Origin: Planctomycetota bacterium
Lineage (GTDB): Bacteria > Planctomycetota > B15-G4 > JADJEK01
Length of the DNA: 64,000 nucleotides
Assembly (NCBI GenBank): GCA_052034255.1
Contig: JBPOIU010000020.1
Span: 777 to 64,776, forward strand
Reading direction: 5' to 3'
The notes below the pieces were generated by a model. It had not been told where the DNA came from. It made no database searches and worked only from the letters and a program-made list of their open reading frames with translations. Shown here piece by piece: positions 1 through 8,208 of this stretch (position 1 is its first letter; each line of letters opens with the position of its first letter). The position numbers and the translations under genes were made by a program.

Positions 1-666
1 GTAGATCTCGGTCGCACCGTTCCAGGTCGAACGCGCCTCTTGGTGATCCAACACCAAGCGCGCCTCCTTGTCGGACGTCGGGAACTGGGTCTGCTCACAG
101 GCGCGAATCGTCGAGTCCGCGTCGAACAGGACGGTCCAGATCGTTCGCCGCTCGACCTGATCGTCCTTCAACACCTCGGTGGTCTGGCGCATCGACCTGA
201 TCGCGTCGATGCGCGCGCTCCCACCCAGGGTCTCGACGAAGCGCGCGAATCGCTTCGCGCCTTCGGTCGCCGATTCCGGAGTCGACCCGGGACGAGGGTC
301 TGCTCGCTCGAGCAGTTTCTCCGGAGCGCTCAAGAACCCCTCGCGACACCCATCCGACGCGAAGATGTAGATCCTTCCGTCGTGGATGGCGTAACGGTTG
401 ACGTCTCCGCGAGAACTCAACGGGCCCATGCGCGCGCAGGCTCCGCCCAGTTGAACCTCGTACCGGGCGACATCGGCCACGAACGCGTCGCGGTTCTCCG
501 TCGACACGAAACGGTACTCGTACGGCGCCTGGACGACCGTGTAGGCCTGGTCGCCGGCGATCGCGCGACCCGCGACCAACGCGACGGGATCCACCGGAAA
601 CAGCTCCGGGACCTGGCAACCGAGAGCGACGCACATCGACCAGATCGACGACGCAGCGATCCACAT
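1..666 (-). CDS. partial CDS (C-terminus runs off the window start); secreted YHS-like domain protein
   Basis: My own translation from the ATG at 666 (minus strand) has no stop through position 1. It was absent from the ORF track, presumably because it has no in-window stop. N-terminal signal peptide MWIAASSIWSMCVALGC. The pattern DPVAL..G.A..G..Y..YRFVSTENRDAF..D..RY..QLGGACARM...GDVNRYAIHDGRIYIF matches YHS-domain-like secreted proteins. Normal amino-acid composition, unlike the Arg-rich shadow ORFs. Confidence 0.5.
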   Translation of the reverse strand, partial: MWIAASSIWSMCVALGCQVPELFPVDPVALVAGRAIAGDQAYTVVQAPYEYRFVSTENRDAFVADVARYEVQLGGACARMGPLSSRGDVNRYAIHDGRIYIFASDGCREGFLSAPEKLLERADPRPGSTPESATEGAKRFARFVETLGGSARIDAIRSMRQTTEVLKDDQVERRTIWTVLFDADSTIRACEQTQFPTSDKEARLVLDHQEARSTWNGATEIY

Positions 667-782
667 CGTGTCAAGCCTCCGTTGCTTCGAAACGCGCGCT
701 CCAGGGCTCGACGACGCGAGCGTCCTGAGCAGTCGCAGAGACTACCCAGGACGCCCGTCAGTGTCCGCCGTTCAAGACGACG

Positions 783-2042
783 TCAGGTGCCGATGATCTC
801 GCAGAGTCCGTTCGAGAACACAGCGCCCTGCGGGCCCGCTGGGTCGGCTTGGACTGCGTGGTAGTCGAACTCGATGCCGCTCAGGTTTGCGTTGTCCGGC
901 ACCGTGAACGGAAGGACGAAGTCGCCCGCTCCGGCGCCGGCGCCGGGCATCGTGAACGGCACCACGACCCACGGCGAGTTCAGATCGATCAGCAGAGTCC
1001 CACCCGCCAGCGGGACCGAACCCTTCTGCGTGCCGAGGAACAGGACCGTCGGCGCTCCGCCGAGGAAGTCGCGGAACTCGAGCGCCGCGGCCGCGCCGGG
1101 GCACGGCGAGAACAGGCCGCGCAGCTGCGGTTCGAAACCGCCACTGCCGACCATGCTGGCGCCGTAGCTCTTGAACGTGCCGGAGCACGGCACCGCGTCT
1201 TGCGGGACCGCGATGCCGACCAGTTCACCGAGTGCGAAGTCCTGGTAGATCGTCGTGACCTGGCCCGTCGCGTCGATCGAGAACACGCCGCCGTTGCGGC
1301 CGCAGGTCAGCAGCGCTCCGTCGCGCGAGAGCTTGAGGTCGCTCGGGTGGACGAGCACGCCCGGTTGTTCGGCGAAGAGTTCGGCTTCCGCGGTGTCGAG
1401 GCGGAAACGCACGATGCGATTGCCGTTGTACATCGCGCAGAACATGTTGCCCGAGCCGTCGATCACGAGTCCGCCGGGCTGGTCGATCAACGGCGACGCC
1501 GAGAACAGCGACGCGTTCCACTGCGCGTCGTACTTGATGATCGTGTTGCCGTTCAGGTTCGCGACGTAGAGGTTGCCGTCGGCGTCGTACGCGAGTCCGT
1601 CGGGCCAATCGAGCAGGTCGTTCGACATCGCGTCGTCGACTAGCAACGTCTGCGTGCCATCCATCGCGACGTGGATGAGCTTGTTGCCCTTCATGTCCGA
1701 CATGATGAAGCCCGAGCCGTCGCGCGCCGGAATGCAGGTGACCGGCATCTCGAACAAGCCGCCCGCCGACAGCGGCGCGACCTGACCGTTCGGATCGATC
1801 TTCATCATCGCCGGCCAGCCGCGGTCCGGCATGTAGAGATACCCGTCCGGCATGAACGTGCCGTAGTGCGGGATCAGCATCGGGGTCGCCCAGTTGGTGG
1901 CGACCAACGTGTCGGCATCGAGCCGCACGATCGCGCCGACCGACGGCGCGGACAGGTAGTAGTCACGGTCGGACGCCGATGCGGTGGCGGCGACGAAGCC
2001 GAGGGCCAGACAGGACGCCGAGATCGACAACGAGTACTTCAC
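783..2042 (-). CDS. secreted NHL/SMP-30-like beta-propeller protein with the shared C-terminal domain
   Basis: GTG start at 2042 preceded by AGGAGG at 5-nt spacing. Signal peptide KYSLSISASCLALGFVAATASA. Propeller-like repeats (DGNLYVANLNGNTIIKYD, GLVIDGSGNMFCAMYNGNRIV). C-terminal 100 aa alignable to four other proteins in this window (ends SNGLCEIIGT). Confidence 0.7.
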   Translation of the reverse strand: MKYSLSISASCLALGFVAATASASDRDYYLSAPSVGAIVRLDADTLVATNWATPMLIPHYGTFMPDGYLYMPDRGWPAMMKIDPNGQVAPLSAGGLFEMPVTCIPARDGSGFIMSDMKGNKLIHVAMDGTQTLLVDDAMSNDLLDWPDGLAYDADGNLYVANLNGNTIIKYDAQWNASLFSASPLIDQPGGLVIDGSGNMFCAMYNGNRIVRFRLDTAEAELFAEQPGVLVHPSDLKLSRDGALLTCGRNGGVFSIDATGQVTTIYQDFALGELVGIAVPQDAVPCSGTFKSYGASMVGSGGFEPQLRGLFSPCPGAAAALEFRDFLGGAPTVLFLGTQKGSVPLAGGTLLIDLNSPWVVVPFTMPGAGAGAGDFVLPFTVPDNANLSGIEFDYHAVQADPAGPQGAVFSNGLCEIIGT

Positions 2043-2209
2043 GCGATCCTCCTTCGAGAGAGCGGTCGAGGTCGTCCCTCTGGAACGGCTCGTCGACGGA
2101 GGTCGTGCCAGGGGAAACCGCCGCGCCGCACGCGAAAGCGTCCCCGCTGCCACGCGCATGCACTGCCGTCCCGCCGGGTCGCTCGAGCCCGAAGCCCGCG
2201 CGGGGCGCG

Positions 2210-2644
2210 TTACGCCGGCTTCGTCACGGCGCGCAGCAGACTGCCGTCCTCGGACGACTTGAAGCCGCGCTTCTCGAGCCAACGCGCGACGGCTTCGCGC
2301 TGCGGATGCGACGCGCGCACGACGTTGTAGACGTAGTTGAGACCGCGCGCGCGCGCCTCGGCCGTCAGGTGCTCGAGGATGAACGTGCCCGCGCCGTGAT
2401 TGCGTTGATCGCTCGCCGTCGCGAGCAGGATCTCGCCCTCGCCCCAGACCACGTCGAGCCAGCCGAAGCCGACGACCTTGTCGCCGGACTCCGCGCGCCA
2501 CCACGTTCCCGGGACGAGATCACCGACCTTCAACTCCTTGAAGCGGCGATCGAACGTGCCGACCGGCGCATCGCCGACGATGCGCGCCTTGTTCGCGTCC
2601 CAGCGCGCCGGATCTTCTTTCACCCACTTCAATGCGGTCGCCAT
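2210..2644 (-). CDS. GNAT family N-acetyltransferase
   Basis: ATG at 2644 with GGAGGA 4 nt upstream. Acetyl-CoA binding motif region (RNHGAGTFILEHLTAEARARG). Confidence 0.7.
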   Translation of the reverse strand: MATALKWVKEDPARWDANKARIVGDAPVGTFDRRFKELKVGDLVPGTWWRAESGDKVVGFGWLDVVWGEGEILLATASDQRNHGAGTFILEHLTAEARARGLNYVYNVVRASHPQREAVARWLEKRGFKSSEDGSLLRAVTKPA

Positions 2645-2729
2645 CGCGTCCTCCGTTCGCAGGGGAGCCTCCGCGGAGGCTCCCACCTTGGAATCGTCCA
2701 GCGCGCCGACGCGCACACGCCGTGCCGCG

Positions 2730-4118
2730 TCATTCGTCGCCGAGGGTCGACTCGAGCAGGTTGAACTTGCTCGTCAGATCTCCGGCGTCGAACGCTTCGG
2801 TGAAGCAGGCCGCGACGTGCGCCGCGATCTCCTTCGTCGCGGGCGAGCCGCCGTTCTGCGCCGCGATCGCGGCGTAGCGCGTGATCGTTGCATCGTTCGG
2901 GAAGCGCGCGAGCGCAGCGATGAGATCGGGATCGTCGCTGCGAAGCGTGTCCTGCTTCGCGTGGAGCAGGGAGCCCGCGAACCGCACGGAATCCGTCCGC
3001 TCGAAGCCCATGCGATCGACGTCGGCCAGCGCGGGATCGTCGGTCATCGCGTACAGCGCAGCCAGCGTCTCGAGCGCGATCACGTCCCCGGCCTCACCGC
3101 GCCGCTTCAACTCATCACCGTGCCGCTCCAACATCTGCGCGCCATCTCCCACTCCGGCGTCGACCAGCATGCGCATCCATTCCCCGGTCAAGCGTGGACT
3201 GACGGGAAGGGCTGCGTCGTCGCCGATCAACCGCAACGTCGCGAGCAGCTTCTGCTGGTCCGCGGACAAGCCCGCCGACTTCGGACTCGCCAGCATGTCC
3301 TCCAACGATCGATCACGGCTGACGCGCACGTCCGCGTAGGCGAGCGCTTGTCGTACGCGCAGGTCGTCCACCGGCAAGCTCGCGCGCATCCGTTCGAGAT
3401 CCGCCTTCAAGTACTCGTGGTGGATCCCGCTGTTCCACCAGTCCCGCTTGAAGTTCAAGTCCAGCAGGATCAGTTCCTCCGCCGCCTCCACGTCGCCGGC
3501 ATCGACGGCTCGCAGCAACGCATCGCGGCGCGCGAACGACGACGGACCGAAGTGGATCCAGCACGCGGCCTTCTCGACCCGGGTGCTGTCCGGGATCGTC
3601 TCCAACGTGACGCGTCGCCAAGAGTCCACCGCGTCCCGCGGTCGATCGAGTAGCAACAGACACTCCGCGCGCAATGCGTGGATCACGTTCTGGCTCGATC
3701 CGAGCGAAGCGTCGTCGCTGAGGGTTCGATACAGCGCCTCCGCCTCGGGGATCCTGCCGGCGCGGTGGAGTTCGAGCGCCCATTCCATGGCAACCGGCGC
3801 GATGGCGGGGGCTTTGGCGTACGCCTCCTCGTGCAGCGCCATCGCGAGCTCGGGCTCCATGTCGAACAACGTGTTCCCGAGCACGAACGCGTGGGCCGCC
3901 GTGCGCCGGTCCTTCGCGACGACGTCGAGCAGAGCTTGCGTCGCCTCTTTCATGCGTCCTTGCAGCAACCGTCGCTCGTTCGCCTCGAGCACGGGTGCGT
4001 AGTCGGCTCGCGCCCGTTCCAATGCGTCGCGAAAGGTCGCGATCGGGTCGTCCGTCGCGCTCCACGTCAATGCCGCGAAAACGACCAACGATCCGGCGTC
4101 CATGAAATGCCCCCGCAT
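2730..4118 (-). CDS. hypothetical alpha-helical (TPR-like) protein
   Basis: Long ORF with normal composition. ATG at 4118 overlaps the stop of the upstream gene by 1 nt (TGATG). An alternative start lies at 4103. No confident family assignment. Confidence 0.45.
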   Translation of the reverse strand: MRGHFMDAGSLVVFAALTWSATDDPIATFRDALERARADYAPVLEANERRLLQGRMKEATQALLDVVAKDRRTAAHAFVLGNTLFDMEPELAMALHEEAYAKAPAIAPVAMEWALELHRAGRIPEAEALYRTLSDDASLGSSQNVIHALRAECLLLLDRPRDAVDSWRRVTLETIPDSTRVEKAACWIHFGPSSFARRDALLRAVDAGDVEAAEELILLDLNFKRDWWNSGIHHEYLKADLERMRASLPVDDLRVRQALAYADVRVSRDRSLEDMLASPKSAGLSADQQKLLATLRLIGDDAALPVSPRLTGEWMRMLVDAGVGDGAQMLERHGDELKRRGEAGDVIALETLAALYAMTDDPALADVDRMGFERTDSVRFAGSLLHAKQDTLRSDDPDLIAALARFPNDATITRYAAIAAQNGGSPATKEIAAHVAACFTEAFDAGDLTSKFNLLESTLGDE

Positions 4119-5146
4119 CAGCCGCGCGCGACGCGCGACAACACCGACCAAAGCGTCGTGCCCACGTTCGAGCGCCAATCATGCCAATCGCCGGCACGTG
4201 CTCGCCCGAACTTGTCGAGACGGAAGTCGAGGAAGGAATCGTCGAGCCCTTGCTCGATCGGGTACGCGCCACTGCCGGCGTGGATCCGGCGCAACAGCCG
4301 CAGGAAGCCGACGCGCTTCCAGTCCTCCATGTTGCCCGTGACGCGCGCAGCGGCCGGCATCGATAGCAGCGCGCGTTCGTCGTCGTCGAGCTGCGTTGCG
4401 ACGTCCCCGACGCGGAAGCCGGTCGCCCTACCCACCGCGTCGCGCTCCGTGACCAGACGCAACGCGCCGCTCACGCCCTCGGCGTCGGTGACCGCCGCGC
4501 GCTCGCCCCGCAACAGGAAAGACCCCGTCGCGTAGTCGCGCGGCTCGACGATCACGGCGTGGCGATCCCCGCTGAGCCGCAACGTGCGCGTTTCGTCGGC
4601 GCCGGATCGCGATCGTTCCGCGCGTTCGATGCGATCGGTCTGGAACACCGCCTTCACCATCGCGAACGCGTGATAGCGATACGCCGAGCGCTCGAATCGC
4701 GCATCGCGCAGCGCGCCCAGCAGCCCCGCCTCGCGCGCGCGCAGCATCGTGTCGTACCAGGGCAATTCGATGCAGTCCTCGGCGACCCACGCGCGGCGGA
4801 ACGCGGAGAAACGCGCAACGTGGCGGAACTGTTTCGGCAACAGGACCGGCGTGTCGATCAACAGATCGACGCGGCCGAGATCGAAGCGCGACAGTGCGCC
4901 GAGCACGACCGGCAACGCGGCCTTGCCGACCGCCACGTACACGAGATCGACGTCGCGCAGGCGGCTCGCGGTCATCTGCGCCGAGTCCTCGACGCGCACC
5001 GTCGATCCCGCGATCGACACCTCACGCGCATGGCGCGCGAACACGCCGAGAACCGAACACTCGCGGGACGCACGCAGGAACGCCGGGTAGGCGGTTTCGA
5101 CCACGCGTTTGCCCGCGCCGATGATCCAGACTCCGCGCGCACTCAT
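4118..5146 (-). CDS. NAD(P)-binding Rossmann-fold protein (putative oxidoreductase)
   Basis: Start MSARGVWIIGAGKRVVETAYPAF contains a GxGxxG dinucleotide-binding motif. ATG at 5146 overlaps the GMC oxidoreductase stop (ATGA). GGAG upstream. Confidence 0.55.
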   Translation of the reverse strand: MSARGVWIIGAGKRVVETAYPAFLRASRECSVLGVFARHAREVSIAGSTVRVEDSAQMTASRLRDVDLVYVAVGKAALPVVLGALSRFDLGRVDLLIDTPVLLPKQFRHVARFSAFRRAWVAEDCIELPWYDTMLRAREAGLLGALRDARFERSAYRYHAFAMVKAVFQTDRIERAERSRSGADETRTLRLSGDRHAVIVEPRDYATGSFLLRGERAAVTDAEGVSGALRLVTERDAVGRATGFRVGDVATQLDDDERALLSMPAAARVTGNMEDWKRVGFLRLLRRIHAGSGAYPIEQGLDDSFLDFRLDKFGRARAGDWHDWRSNVGTTLWSVLSRVARG

Positions 5147-6813
5147 CTCGACTCCTTCACGGTCAGTCGTTCGCGCAGATGCCGCGCGAGCCGAATCGAC
5201 AACGCCACGATCGTGAACGTCGGATTCGCGCAGCCGCTGGTCGGGAACACCGACCCACCGGCGCAATACACGTTGTCGACTCCATGCACCCTGAGGTCCG
5301 TGTCCACGACCGACGTCGCCGGATCACGTCCCATGCGTGTCGCTCCCAAATGGTGCGACGCGTCCTGATCGATCGGCCACGGCGTCGCGCTCTCGAGTTC
5401 GCCCTCGAGCGTCCCGAGCCCGCTGCGCTGGACCTCCTCGCGCAGCGCCGCGTGCAGCGCGATCAACGACCGGCGGTCGAGCTCGCTCGGGGCGTGCTGG
5501 ACGCGCGGCAATGGCTTGCCGTCTTCGTCCGAGTCCGCGCACAACGTCACGCGTTGCTCGGCGCGCGGCTCCATCTCCATGAAGTTGCGCAGGCGCACGC
5601 GGCGGATCTTCGGGCGCACGGACTTGACCAAGCGGAAGAACACGTACTGCAGGACGCGGTGGAGGTTCGCGAACACTAGACCGAGCACGGTGAGCCACCC
5701 GAGCAGCCCCTTGCGTTCGTTTTGCAACGCCGAGTCGTCGCCGGTCTCGGCGTAGTCACGCAACTCGATGACTTCGTCGCCCTTCGTGCTTAGGAAGCTT
5801 CGCAGCACGAACGTGGCGCGCTTCACGAGCAGGATGAACGCCTCGACGCCGCGATTGTCGGACCACGGGAACAGCGGCTCGAAGCGCACGTAGCTGTTCA
5901 GCACGCGGAGGCGCCTCTGCTCGTCCTCCCGCAGCCGCAATCCGGCGTAGCCCGCGAAGCCCTCGAACACGCACCCGAACCAATACGGCGCGGCCTCGAC
6001 CGGCTTTGCCAGCCGCAACACGCCGAAATAGTTCTTCGGGTGGTTCATGAAGCCGCGTCCGACCTGATCGCGCTCGTTGCCGAGTCCTTGTGGGCAATGA
6101 TCCCGCGACGCGAGCAACAAGCGCGCGTTCTCGATGCCACCACACGCGAGCACGAACGCGCGGGCACGCACCGAGGCGGTGCGGCCGTTCGACGCTCGGA
6201 TCGTCACCGAGTCGATGCGCGGCGCGCTCGCTCCGCCGTCCAGGCGCAGAACCGTGGCGTCGAGCCACAGGTCGACGGCTTCGCGTTCGAAGACCGCACG
6301 GTGTTCGCGGCCGAAATGCTGCGGCGTCGTGCGCGCGAGGAACACCTTCTCGTCCAAGCGCGCGAACACGGGCTGCAGCGGACTCTTCACCCGCAGTCGC
6401 GCGAAGCCCTGCGGCGTGAAGCACGCGCGCGGCGGGAATCGATAGCGCGCGGCCGCGGCCTCGTAGTCGCCGTCGAGTTCGGACCGACCGATCGGCCATC
6501 CCGGCGCGCCGATCCACGGCCGCTCCGCGAAGTCGATCGGATCGAGCGGACTCGACAACCCGGCCCACGTCGACGACGCGCCACCGAACACGCGCTCGCG
6601 CGAGTAGTCCTTGATCGTGATCCCGACGCTGTCGACCCGCCGCAAGCGGTCGCCGCGCACCGTAGTCTTGGTCGTGCCGGACTCGAGCACCGCGACGCGC
6701 AGTCCGGACGTCGCGAGTTCGGCCGCGACGGTCGTGCCGGCGGGTCCCGAACCGACGATGCAAACGTCGTAGTCGGGCAGCGGTCCTTCGTGCGCGGCAA
6801 GGTCGCGGATCAT
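5143..6813 (-). CDS. GMC family FAD-dependent oxidoreductase
   Basis: N-terminus DYDVCIVGSGPAGTTVAAELA (FAD-binding GxGxxG). C-terminal GMC signature (DTDLRVHGVDNVYCAGGSVFPTSGCANPTFTIVAL). Start placed at internal Met 92 of the track ORF. The upstream Arg/Gly-rich extension was rejected. Confidence 0.75.
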   Translation of the reverse strand: MIRDLAAHEGPLPDYDVCIVGSGPAGTTVAAELATSGLRVAVLESGTTKTTVRGDRLRRVDSVGITIKDYSRERVFGGASSTWAGLSSPLDPIDFAERPWIGAPGWPIGRSELDGDYEAAAARYRFPPRACFTPQGFARLRVKSPLQPVFARLDEKVFLARTTPQHFGREHRAVFEREAVDLWLDATVLRLDGGASAPRIDSVTIRASNGRTASVRARAFVLACGGIENARLLLASRDHCPQGLGNERDQVGRGFMNHPKNYFGVLRLAKPVEAAPYWFGCVFEGFAGYAGLRLREDEQRRLRVLNSYVRFEPLFPWSDNRGVEAFILLVKRATFVLRSFLSTKGDEVIELRDYAETGDDSALQNERKGLLGWLTVLGLVFANLHRVLQYVFFRLVKSVRPKIRRVRLRNFMEMEPRAEQRVTLCADSDEDGKPLPRVQHAPSELDRRSLIALHAALREEVQRSGLGTLEGELESATPWPIDQDASHHLGATRMGRDPATSVVDTDLRVHGVDNVYCAGGSVFPTSGCANPTFTIVALSIRLARHLRERLTVKESR

Positions 6814-6856
6814 CGGCGCGACAGGGTAGCAGCGGACCGCGCCGTCCGTGCTCGGA

Positions 6857-7378
6857 TCATGGGTCGGCGACGATCGGCTCCACGACCACCCACGACCACC
6901 ACGGGCCGGCCGAGCGCTCGAGCATGGCCGCCCACCACCACGACGACACGTCGACGAACACCTGGCCGGTGCTCTCGTCGACGATCCGCTCCCTGATGCG
7001 CCACGACCGGCCATCCTTGGATGCGACGAACGTGGCCCACAACCGCTCGCGGGCGTCGACGATCGGGCCCGTCGACCGGACGGCATGTCCGGTCGCGCGC
7101 AGGCAATCCGCCGCGGGGTGCAGCCGCCGCGTGGCCTCGGTCACGTACCGCAACACGATCTCCCGCGGGCCCGCACGGAACCGCGCGATGGCGCCGGGGA
7201 AGTCCGCGGCGAACGCGAGCTCGGTCCGCGACAACCGCAAGGGCGTCAATGCGACGTCGTCGAATTCCGTCGGCCACGCGGTCGGTGTCACGGACTCGAC
7301 GCGAAGGACGGCGTCGGAACCACCTGGCGCCCAGGTCAGTCCGCACGCGACGACGCAGCCGAGTAGGAACGCCCTCAT
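6857..7378 (-). CDS. exosortase-associated EpsI-like lipoprotein
   Basis: MRAFLLGCVVACG lipoprotein-type signal. About 173 aa. ATG overlaps the exosortase stop (ATGA). The position immediately 3' of an exosortase matches the EpsI arrangement. The family call is inferred from context and size. Confidence 0.45.
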   Translation of the reverse strand: MRAFLLGCVVACGLTWAPGGSDAVLRVESVTPTAWPTEFDDVALTPLRLSRTELAFAADFPGAIARFRAGPREIVLRYVTEATRRLHPAADCLRATGHAVRSTGPIVDARERLWATFVASKDGRSWRIRERIVDESTGQVFVDVSSWWWAAMLERSAGPWWSWVVVEPIVADP

Positions 7379-8208
7379 GCGAACCTCCCCAGCGGTCGGC
7401 GCGCGAGCCACAGCAAGCAGAACGCGAAGCCGGCGAAGACCGCGAGACCGACGCTCACGTGCGCGACTTCGGACACTGGAGTCGCCCCGCTCTCGAGCAG
7501 CGTCAGGACGACCGTGCGTGCGATGGTGGCGCATCCGGCGCACAGCGTCGCCCAGCCGGCGAAGCGCAGCGCGGCGCGACCTTCGAGACGCAAGCGCAGC
7601 GCCAGGGCGCAGGAAAACAGCGCGGAGGTCCACAGCGTCTTCACGCCGGAGCACGGCTCGTCGACGAGCACGCGCGTGCCGCGCAACAGTAACGCCGTGC
7701 CTTCGACTTGGACGTCGACGCCGGCGACGTTCAGCAGCTGCGCGGTGATCGCGCTGACGCACGTTCGCAGCGGATAGCCGAGGTAGAACTGCGCCGACGC
7801 GATCACGGGCAACGCCAACGCGCACGTCATCAGCCACGCCGGTCGACGCGCGACGGCGAGCCGCTGCGCGCGCGCCAACAGGACCACCGTCACGACCAAC
7901 GCCAGCGCGGCGATCAGCGGCGGTGCGACGCGCGCCAGGATCGCGTAGCCCACGACCGCGACGGCGGCGGCACGCGCCCGCGTCGGCGCCACCCGCCCCC
8001 CACTCGAGTCGACCGAAGCGAAGCCGACGGCGAGCCCCAACGCCGCGAGTCCACAGCGATCGTCGCCGACACCTTCGATCATGCGCCGCGCATACCAAGT
8101 GAGCGTCGGCCACGCCGCCACGCCGAGCATCAGCCACGGCAGCACGTGCTGGGCGTGGACGGTCCACGGCGCGCGACGCCTCGCGTTCACCCGTTCGCCG
8201 CCGCTCAT
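7375..8208 (-). CDS. exosortase family protein (dedicated, single-cargo type)
   Basis: 277-aa polytopic membrane protein. DEPCSGVKTLW resembles the exosortase active-site Cys motif (aCSG), followed by conserved Arg residues. ATGA overlaps on both sides. Immediately downstream of a PEP-CTERM cargo gene. Confidence 0.6.
   Translation of the reverse strand: MSGGERVNARRRAPWTVHAQHVLPWLMLGVAAWPTLTWYARRMIEGVGDDRCGLAALGLAVGFASVDSSGGRVAPTRARAAAVAVVGYAILARVAPPLIAALALVVTVVLLARAQRLAVARRPAWLMTCALALPVIASAQFYLGYPLRTCVSAITAQLLNVAGVDVQVEGTALLLRGTRVLVDEPCSGVKTLWTSALFSCALALRLRLEGRAALRFAGWATLCAGCATIARTVVLTLLESGATPVSEVAHVSVGLAVFAGFAFCLLWLARRPLGRFA

Noticed and set aside
40-864. 274-aa plus-strand ORF at the window start
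   Set aside because: Arg/Pro-rich shadow composition, antisense to the well-formed YHS-like gene (1..666, minus strand). No RBS or domain.
6814-7086. 90-aa N-terminal extension of the GMC oxidoreductase ORF
   Set aside because: Gly/Arg/Ser low complexity. The FAD-binding motif starts right after Met 6813. The extension would overlap the EpsI-like gene.
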